64,000 nt of DNA from Candidatus Multivoradales bacterium. Lineage in GTDB: Bacteria; Acidobacteriota; Thermoanaerobaculia; Multivoradales; JAHEKO01. Under the pieces are notes generated by a model that saw only the letters and a list, made by a program, of their open reading frames with translations, ran no database searches and had not been told where the DNA came from. Location of the stretch: NCBI GenBank assembly GCA_965223875.1, contig OZ245024.1:1675456-1739455 (forward strand), read 5' to 3'. Below are positions 57,091 to 64,000 of this stretch, in pieces; position 1 is the stretch's first letter; each line of letters begins with the position of its first letter. The position numbers and the translations under genes are program-made.

Positions 57091-57902
57091 GAGGGGCAGT
57101 AGAAGGTACTCCTGCCCGACCGGACGATCCGGCGGATCACGCCGCCGCATCGCTCGCACCCCTCGCCCTCGCGGCCGTAGGCGGCGAGCGACACCTGGAA
57201 GTACCCCTCGTTGCCGTCGCTGTCCCGGAAGTCGTTGAGTGTCGTTCCACCCTGTTCGATCGCGCCTGCCAGCACCGCGCGCACGGCTTCGGCCAAGCGG
57301 TCCCAACGCCGCTTCGAGATGCGGGCCACCGACCGCGCCGGGTGGATCCCCGCTTCGTGGAGAGCCTCGGTGGCGTAGATGTTGCCCACCCCGACGACGA
57401 GCTCGCCGTTCATGAGGAAGCTCTTCACCGACCCACGGCGACCGGCGGCGAGCGCCCGGAGTGCCTCTCCCGAGAATCCCTCACCCAACGGCTCGACACC
57501 CAGACGGCGGAAACGCCTGTCCTCCCCCAACGTGGCGGTTGGCAGAGCGGTCATCAGGCCGAAGCGGCGGGGGTCCCGAAAGGCCAGGCGCTCGCCGCCG
57601 TCGAGATAGATCGATACGTGCTCGTGCCCCTGACGCGCGGCCCCGGCGGGGAGCAGCAGCAGGCGTCCGCTCATCCCGAGATGGACCACCAGGGTCTCGT
57701 CGCCCGAGAGGTCGTTCAACAGGTACTTGGCGCGCCGCCGCAGCTCCACCACGCGGCGGCCGGCCAGAGCGCGCCCGAGCTGCCGGGCCGTGACCGGCTC
57801 GCGCAGTCGGCCGTCGGCGACCTCTACGCGCTCCAGGCGTCGACCGACCAGACGTGGCGCGAGCGACCGCCTGAGGACCTCGACTTCGGGAAGCTCCGGC
57901 AC
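57078..57902 (-). CDS. mutM: Formamidopyrimidine-DNA glycosylase
   Basis: PELPEVE, RRAKYL, HLGMSG, DPRRFG, G.GNIY and a C-terminal C4 zinc finger; GTG at 57902. Confidence 0.97.
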   Translation of the reverse strand: MPELPEVEVLRRSLAPRLVGRRLERVEVADGRLREPVTARQLGRALAGRRVVELRRRAKYLLNDLSGDETLVVHLGMSGRLLLLPAGAARQGHEHVSIYLDGGERLAFRDPRRFGLMTALPTATLGEDRRFRRLGVEPLGEGFSGEALRALAAGRRGSVKSFLMNGELVVGVGNIYATEALHEAGIHPARSVARISKRRWDRLAEAVRAVLAGAIEQGGTTLNDFRDSDGNEGYFQVSLAAYGREGEGCERCGGVIRRIVRSGRSTFYCPSCQR

Positions 57903-57980
57903 GCGCTCGATTGTACAGCCGGCCGATCGGGGCACTCCGCTGGGCGGCCGCGCCCGCCCGTACAGGCCGCGGCCACCCGT

Positions 57981-59432
57981 TCAGGCCGCGGCGGTCGCCA
58001 GCTCTGTCACCAGGGCCGTCAACGCACTCGTCGCGTCGCGGCTCTCACCCTTCATCCTGAGCTCTGTCTGCAGCACCTTCCAGGGGAGATCGGCCACCGC
58101 CTCCGGCGACATCCGAGACGCCGCGAGATAGGCGCGGTGGAGGCGAAATGGGTGGAGTCCCTTGAGCGGGCTCGGGCCCGCGGCGGTCTCGGCCTGGAGC
58201 CGCGGCGCGAGCGACGACTTGAACCGTGCATAGTTCGTCTCGCCGGGCTGAACGCCCGCCGAGCGCATGGCCCCCGAAACCGCCGTGAGCTGCCGGCAGA
58301 ACGCCGCCAGCAGGCCGAACAACTTGAAGAGAGCGTCGCGATCGTCGACGGCACTCGCGGTGAGCCGCTCGATCCGGCGCAGGGCGTCCGCCGCTCTCCC
58401 CTCCCCGATCGCGTCGAGGACCTTCCAGACGTCCTCCTGGCCCCGATCCTCGACCGCCTCGCGCACCATCGCCTCGGTGATCCGTCCCTCGCCCGCCAGC
58501 GCTGCCAGCTTGGTGTACTCGGCGGCGAACCGGCCCGAGGACTCGGCCTCGACGCGGGAGGGCCTGCCGGCGTCCTGCTGGTGGAGCGTCCTCTCGGCGA
58601 GCTCGGTGAGCGCCGGCCTGTCGATGCCGACACCTGTCTGGCTCTCGAGCTCGGTGACCAGCATCTCGAGGCCCTTCCACCCGCCGCGACGTCCACCCTC
58701 TACATGCCCGACACCGACCACGGCTCCACGCCTGAGGAGGCTCGCGGCGAGCGGATGCTCGCCGGAGACCGTGCTCTCGGCCAGCACGAGAGAGTGCCCC
58801 GGGGGCAGCCCGTTCTCGAGAATGTCGCCCAGCTCGGCCAGATCGGACTCGGCCGTGCCCTGGAGGCCGGCGGCTCTCGCCTTGTCGAGAAGCGCCGCGA
58901 GCTCCTCGGCAGCGGACGTCACCTTCGCCTTCGTCCGCTTGCGTTTCCCTTTTCCCTGCCCGCCCTCGAGCGCCCAGCCGGGCAGGCGGGCGATCAGCTC
59001 GGCGGCGCCCCCTTCGTAGGGATCGAGCTCGAAGAGCCGCAGTACCTGCAGCAGGCGCCCGGCCGCGGCCCGTTCGCCTCTCGACAGCTCCGTGTCGTCC
59101 GAGACCGGAGTCTCTTCGAGCACCTGGTCGATCAGCTCCGCCGCCGCACGGTGATCGGCGAATATGGCCGATTCCACGACCAGCAGGACACGACAGCCGG
59201 CGAAGAGCGAGAAGGTTCTCAGATCTCCCAGGAGGTCGCCCAGACGGCCCGGACGCCGTACGACGTCGACCTGCGCCCCGCCACGCTCGGCGATGCCCTC
59301 GGCCAGGCGCCGCGCCGCGGGCTCGGCCAGCACCAGGTTGCCCGACACCAGATAGACGGGTTGCGGGTCGTCGTTCTCGAGAGCGGCGAGAAGCGACTCG
59401 ACCGTGCGACTCGAGCCTCCGGCTGCGGTCAT
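57981..59432 (-). CDS. holA: DNA polymerase III subunit delta (enlarged)
   Basis: PVYL..G, T.SLF...R..LV, E..KL......I, V..L.DAI and E..MK patterns. Confidence 0.75.
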   Translation of the reverse strand: MTAAGGSSRTVESLLAALENDDPQPVYLVSGNLVLAEPAARRLAEGIAERGGAQVDVVRRPGRLGDLLGDLRTFSLFAGCRVLLVVESAIFADHRAAAELIDQVLEETPVSDDTELSRGERAAAGRLLQVLRLFELDPYEGGAAELIARLPGWALEGGQGKGKRKRTKAKVTSAAEELAALLDKARAAGLQGTAESDLAELGDILENGLPPGHSLVLAESTVSGEHPLAASLLRRGAVVGVGHVEGGRRGGWKGLEMLVTELESQTGVGIDRPALTELAERTLHQQDAGRPSRVEAESSGRFAAEYTKLAALAGEGRITEAMVREAVEDRGQEDVWKVLDAIGEGRAADALRRIERLTASAVDDRDALFKLFGLLAAFCRQLTAVSGAMRSAGVQPGETNYARFKSSLAPRLQAETAAGPSPLKGLHPFRLHRAYLAASRMSPEAVADLPWKVLQTELRMKGESRDATSALTALVTELATAAA

Positions 59433-59454
59433 CGATCAGCCCGGGGGAGACGAC

Positions 59455-60867
59455 CTACGTCGAGGCCGGGCCCTCCTCGTCGGACGCTTCGACCACGGTC
59501 CAGACCGGTCGCGAGCGCACGCCGAGCTCGGCGTCCGAGAGCCTCGCCTCTTCGAAGTCGAGAGCGACCGTGCTCCAGGAGCCGCAACCGTCGCAACGGT
59601 CCCGCCACGCATCGAAGCGTCGATCGCAGCTCGAACAGAGGTACTCGCCCCGGGTGATCCCGGCCTGTTCGAGCGCCGCCAGGTACGCCTCGGCGGCCTG
59701 TTCGAGATGGCCCCTGCGCTGGTGGATGCGCGCCAGCAGCAGATGGTAGTTGGGCGACGTGGCGACGCGCTCGGCGATAGCCGACAGCTGGCGCAGGGCC
59801 TCGTCGAGCATCTCGAGTCGGAAGTGGAGTCGCCCGAGGTAGAACCGCGGCAACAGGTCGTTGTCCGCCCGCGCGATCAGGTCGTGGAGCGTCTCGATGG
59901 CTCGCGCCGGCTGATCCGACTCGATGAAGTGGTCCTCGATACGCTGCAGGAAGACCGGGTTCGAGGTCGACTCCCAGCCGCGGCGCCATTCGGCCAGCGC
60001 CGCCTCCTCGGAGCCATCGACGAGAGCCGCCTCTCCGAGCATGATCGACGCCGGCGCGAAGTCCGGCTCGTCGACCAACAGGTCTCGAAACACCGATCGG
60101 GCCTCGTCGACACGATCCTCCTCGAGCAGACGGACACCGCGCTGGTAGGTCAGCCCGCGACGCACGAAACGCTCGGTCTCGAGCTCGTCGACGTCCGCGT
60201 GGTCGAACCAGGACTGATCGATCGACGTCTGCAGCCGCTCGGCCTCGTCCCAGTCGCCCGCGGCGAGAGCGCGATCGCGCCGATGGCGCTGCACGCCGAG
60301 ACCGAGGCCGGAGAAGTCGCGCAGGATGCGATTGCGGATCTCCCGCCCGACCTCCTCGTCGCCGAGGGCGACGTAGTCCTCGGCGAGCTCGTAGAGCAGC
60401 GCCACGCTCCTCGGGTAGAGCACCGAGGCCTTGCGGTGGACGTCGAGCGCCTCACTGGCGCGACCCTGTCGCCGCATCACCTCGCCGTAGTGGAGCAACG
60501 AAGCGAAATCCTCGGGTCGATCCGCCAGGAGAGCCTCGAGCTCCTCCGCCGCCCGGCCCCACTGCCCGTCCGCCTTGTAGTCGAGCGCCCGCCGGAAGCT
60601 CCCCTGCCGGCTCTGGGCCTCGCGGTTCAGGCGCCGGTCGCGCCGGGCCCGGAGCTGCTGCTGGAGCTGCTGGACAATCAGAACCGAGACGGGCGGCAGC
60701 AGCCCGGCCAGGAAGACGACGAGCAGCGCCGTGGCGACCGACACCGAGATCGTCTCCCCCAGCGCCAGGCGCAGGGAGAGGAGCTCCCGGTTCTCCTGTA
60801 CCAGGAACGAGACCAGTACGACCGCGACGAGAGCGACGAGAATCCCGACGAGAGTCCGAATTCTCAT
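59455..60867 (-). CDS. LapA-domain + TPR + rubredoxin-like protein (LapA-LapB-like fusion)
   Basis: N-terminal TM-QEN-TM segment, multiple TPRs, C-terminal Y.C..C........C..C..W. Confidence 0.78.
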   Translation of the reverse strand: MRIRTLVGILVALVAVVLVSFLVQENRELLSLRLALGETISVSVATALLVVFLAGLLPPVSVLIVQQLQQQLRARRDRRLNREAQSRQGSFRRALDYKADGQWGRAAEELEALLADRPEDFASLLHYGEVMRRQGRASEALDVHRKASVLYPRSVALLYELAEDYVALGDEEVGREIRNRILRDFSGLGLGVQRHRRDRALAAGDWDEAERLQTSIDQSWFDHADVDELETERFVRRGLTYQRGVRLLEEDRVDEARSVFRDLLVDEPDFAPASIMLGEAALVDGSEEAALAEWRRGWESTSNPVFLQRIEDHFIESDQPARAIETLHDLIARADNDLLPRFYLGRLHFRLEMLDEALRQLSAIAERVATSPNYHLLLARIHQRRGHLEQAAEAYLAALEQAGITRGEYLCSSCDRRFDAWRDRCDGCGSWSTVALDFEEARLSDAELGVRSRPVWTVVEASDEEGPAST

Positions 60868-60892
60868 CCGCCCCTGCGGCCCTCGGACGACA

Positions 60893-61291
60893 TCAGCCGT
60901 CCTGGAGCAGACCCTTCTCGTCGAGCTCCTGGCAGTCGATGCAGTACCTGGCCCACGGAACCGCCTTCAGACGGGCCAGCGGGATCTCGCTGGAGCAGTT
61001 CTGGCAGCTTCCGAAGCCGCCGTTCTCGTCCATCTTGCCCAACGCCTCCTCGATCAGGAACAGAGTGTCCCGCTCCGCTCCCGAGAGCGAGAACATGAAC
61101 TCCCGGTTGTAGGCGCTGTTGGCACGATCGACGATGTCCTCGGAGCCCTCGTCGCTGGCCCGTTGACCCTCCCGAAGATCGTGCTCGTAGAGGTCCAGAA
61201 TCTCCTGACGCTGTGTTTCGAGCTGCTCGCGAATGTCACCGAGAACCTTGGCGGTGAGCACTCCGGAACCCGCTGTCTTGGTCTTCGCCAC
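60893..61291 (-). CDS. TraR/DksA C4-type zinc-finger protein
   Basis: D.VD.A coiled-coil tip; FG.C..C...I...RL.A.P....C..C; GGAGGA SD before GTG 61291. Confidence 0.92.
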   Translation of the reverse strand: MAKTKTAGSGVLTAKVLGDIREQLETQRQEILDLYEHDLREGQRASDEGSEDIVDRANSAYNREFMFSLSGAERDTLFLIEEALGKMDENGGFGSCQNCSSEIPLARLKAVPWARYCIDCQELDEKGLLQDG

Positions 61292-61335
61292 GCTTCCTCC
61301 CGATGCGACCCCGCACCCCATGGCGGCGGGGCTAC

Positions 61336-61812
61336 TCATAACGGCTCCCGATGGTACTTTATTCCGCCCAGTATGGACAGTGCCCTGTAGACCTGTTCGT
61401 AGACGACCAGCCGGGCGAGCTCGTGGGGCAGCGTCAGAGGCCCCAGGGAGAGGCGCTCACGGCACTTCGAGAGCATGGAATCGGAGAGTCCGAGGTCCGA
61501 TCCGATGATGAACGCCACCGGGTGGGGCCACTGCTCACGCAGCGTCCCGAGCCGCGTCGCCAGGCCCTTCGAGTCGAGCGCGCGGGCGCGTCGATCGAGC
61601 GCAATGGTCCAGCAGGGCTCGGGCAGAGCCTCGAGAAGCGCGACGCCCTCGGCATCGATCCTAACCCGATCCGGTCCCTCCCGCGGCGTCCGGACCGGCA
61701 GATCGCGGATGTCGCCGAATCGCGCGATACGACGGCGGTAGCGGTCGCAGAGTCCCTCCCACTCGTCACGCTGGTGCCGGCCTGCCCAGGCCACGATGAG
61801 CTCCCGCCCCAT
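61336..61812 (-). CDS. rlmH: 23S rRNA (pseudouridine1915-N3)-methyltransferase
   Basis: ALD, F.IG...G, LSL..LT.PH.L.R....EQ.YRA and YH motifs. Confidence 0.95.
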   Translation of the reverse strand: MGRELIVAWAGRHQRDEWEGLCDRYRRRIARFGDIRDLPVRTPREGPDRVRIDAEGVALLEALPEPCWTIALDRRARALDSKGLATRLGTLREQWPHPVAFIIGSDLGLSDSMLSKCRERLSLGPLTLPHELARLVVYEQVYRALSILGGIKYHREPL

Positions 61813-61875
61813 CACCTCAGGCTAGCACTCCCGGGAGCGCTTCGAAGCGCGCGCGCCGTGCTAATCTCGCCGCCC

Positions 61876-62883
61876 ATGGCGAGGAGCACGCAGGAGGATC
61901 AGCGACGGAGCCGGCGCCGAGCGCTGGTCAAGGGATTCCTGCTCGGTAGCGCCGCCATCGGCCTGCCCGCTGTGGCCAATGCCGTCGTGGCCCGCCGGGC
62001 GCGCCGTCTCGAGGCCCCCGGTTGGGGCCGCACGCGGCGCTACTCGTGGCGACTCGGCGAGGTCTCCTACCAGGTTCTCGGTCAGGGCCAGCCGATCGTG
62101 CTGCTCCATTCGTTCGGCCCCGGTCACGACTCCGAGGAGTGGCGAACAGTGGCGGAGATCCTGGCCTACGATCACAAGGTCCACGCGATCGACCTGCTCG
62201 GCTGGGGCCTCTCACACCGCCCCGGCATCACCTACGACGGGGAGCTGTACATCGAGCTGGTGCGGGATTTCCTCGCCGACGTCGTCGCAGAGCGCGCGGT
62301 CGTCGCGGCGGCGGGCCTCTCGGCGGCCTACGCCGTCCAGGTAGCTGTCGATCGACCCGAGGCGATCGCCGCGCTGGCGCTGGTGACGCCGTCCGGCATC
62401 GAGCTTCACGGCGACGAGCCCGACATCCGGGACGCGCTCCTCTACGGGTTGCTGCGCCTTCCGATCGTCGGGACCTCGGCGCTCAACCTCTACACCAGCC
62501 GGACCTCCCTCCAGCATCACCTGCGTCGCGAGATGTTCACCGCACCCGAAAGGGTCGACGGCAGCCTGGTCGAGCACCATCACCGCTCGAGCCACCAGCC
62601 CGGCAGCCACTCGGCGCTCGCCGCCTACCTGTGCGGCTACCTGAACCAGCCTGTCGAGGACGTGTTGCCGCGACTCAACGTGCCGCTCTGGATCGCCTGG
62701 GGCAGCCGTGCCACCTCACCGCCGATCGAGACGGCCGACCTCTGGATCCGGCAGGTCCCGGAGGCCGAGCTGGAGGTCTTCCGCGACGCCGGCAACCTGC
62801 CGCACGAGGAGCGCGCGGCGCGCTTCTGCCACCGCCTGAGCCGGTTCCTGGCCTCCCACGGCGCGACGCTGGCCCTCTCCTGA
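61876..62883 (+). CDS. Alpha/beta-fold hydrolase family protein (non-canonical nucleophile elbow)
   Basis: LLH..G, DLLG.G.S, .WG and PHEE motifs; AAGLSAA in place of GxSxG; ATG at 61876. Confidence 0.85.
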   Translation: MARSTQEDQRRSRRRALVKGFLLGSAAIGLPAVANAVVARRARRLEAPGWGRTRRYSWRLGEVSYQVLGQGQPIVLLHSFGPGHDSEEWRTVAEILAYDHKVHAIDLLGWGLSHRPGITYDGELYIELVRDFLADVVAERAVVAAAGLSAAYAVQVAVDRPEAIAALALVTPSGIELHGDEPDIRDALLYGLLRLPIVGTSALNLYTSRTSLQHHLRREMFTAPERVDGSLVEHHHRSSHQPGSHSALAAYLCGYLNQPVEDVLPRLNVPLWIAWGSRATSPPIETADLWIRQVPEAELEVFRDAGNLPHEERAARFCHRLSRFLASHGATLALS

Positions 62884-63057
62884 GCGAAAGGCGTCCCGGA
62901 TTGCGTCCCTACGGGGCTGCGATCGGTGGTTTTGCGGGTACACTTCGCGCCATGAGCACCAAGCCTGCACGATTCACCAGCGGTCTTCTGCGCCGCCGGA
63001 TCCGCCCGCTCCAGCGGCGTCGCCAAGGGCACCTCCGGTCTCTCGCTACGAACGCCG

Positions 63058-64000
63058 ATGGGTAGTGCAGGCAAGCGCTTCCCGGAGGTTCCGGGCGGCT
63101 ATCCCTTCCCGGATCTCGAGCAGGAGGTCCTCGCCTACTGGCGACGCGAAGGGATCTTCGAGCGCACTCTCGAGCGCGAAGCGCCGCGCGGTGACTTCGT
63201 CTTCTACGACGGTCCGCCGACGGCCAACAACGTGCCCCACGTCGGCCACGTCGTCACCCGGGTGGTGAAGGACCTGATCCCGCGCTATCGCACGATGCGC
63301 GGCTGGCGCGTGCCGCGTAAGGCCGGCTGGGACACCCACGGGCTACCGGTCGAGATCGAGGTCGAGAAGCAGCTCGGATTCTCCGGCAAGGAGCAGATCG
63401 AGCACTTCGGCATCGCCGAGTTCAACGCCCGCTGCCTCGAGAGCGTGCACACCTACGAGCGCCAGTGGCGAGCGATGACCGAGAGGGTCGGCTACTGGAT
63501 CGATCTCGACGAGGCCTACTACACCTACTCGAACGAGTACGTCGAGTCGGTCTGGTGGTCGCTCAGGCGCCTGTGGGACAAGGGCCTCCTCGAAGAGGGC
63601 TACAAGATCCAGCCCTACTGCGCCCGCTGCGGGACGACGCTGTCGAGCCACGAGGTGGCGCAGAACTACCAGGACGCCGACGACCCGTCGGTATGGGTGC
63701 TCTTCCCGGTGCGGCCGGGCCAATCGATCGAGGGCGACGACGGAGAGTCCTGGGAGCTTCCCGACGGGCTCCACCTGGTCGCCTGGACGACGACGCCCTG
63801 GACGCTGACCGGTCACACCGGAATCGCGGTCAACGCCGACCTGACCTACCGGATCGTCGAGGACCCTTCGACGCCCGGGCGGCTCCTGCTCTTCGCCGAC
63901 GAGCTCGAGACCGCTGTGCCGCTCGATGTCGAGATCGACGGTGAGCGGCGACACCTCGACCTGAGGGAGCAGAGGGCGCTCAATCGAGTGCGGGGAGCGG
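63058..64000 (+). CDS. ileS: Isoleucine--tRNA ligase, type 2 (5' part; runs off the window)
   Basis: Own translation from ATG 63058: FYDGPPTAN..PH.GH, GWDTHGLPVE, C.T.LS.HEV...Y and AWTTTPWTL motifs. Confidence 0.95.
   Translation, partial: MGSAGKRFPEVPGGYPFPDLEQEVLAYWRREGIFERTLEREAPRGDFVFYDGPPTANNVPHVGHVVTRVVKDLIPRYRTMRGWRVPRKAGWDTHGLPVEIEVEKQLGFSGKEQIEHFGIAEFNARCLESVHTYERQWRAMTERVGYWIDLDEAYYTYSNEYVESVWWSLRRLWDKGLLEEGYKIQPYCARCGTTLSSHEVAQNYQDADDPSVWVLFPVRPGQSIEGDDGESWELPDGLHLVAWTTTPWTLTGHTGIAVNADLTYRIVEDPSTPGRLLLFADELETAVPLDVEIDGERRHLDLREQRALNRVRGA

Noticed and set aside
62884-63057. T-box riboswitch upstream of ileS
   Set aside because: No recognisable T-box or antiterminator consensus, and the region is short

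Overview
GC-rich bacterial chromosomal window. The gene set (hopanoid genes, LapB-type protein, type-2 IleRS, many exported proteins) would fit an Acidobacteriota-like diderm, but this is inference only. It carries about 55 recognisable CDSs, including housekeeping genes (ispG, udk, mutM, holA, rlmH, a dksA/traR-type gene, partial ileS), a glycosyltransferase locus, and an 11.5-kb minus-strand cluster. That cluster joins hopanoid genes (shc, hpnH, hpnA, hpnG-like, single-enzyme squalene synthase) to a phosphomevalonate-kinase-free, isopentenyl-phosphate-kinase-type mevalonate pathway. Two families of palindromic extragenic repeats are spread through the window. Family A is CTGAAG-CGGCCGGC-N6-GCCGGCCG and includes a 7-unit 89-bp tandem array. 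Family B is TGTCATCYCGA...GAGRGATCCC and clusters next to a small GIY-YIG nuclease gene. Three intact IS elements are present (IS630, IS110/IS1111, IS1182), and two of them sit inside family-B repeats. The most striking signal is the IS1111-type element at 11115-12560. Its non-coding right end contains a readable two-loop bridge/seek-RNA-like structure whose guide segments match both its own insertion site in the family-B repeat and its own circle junction. All calls come from motif reading only; no database searches were run.
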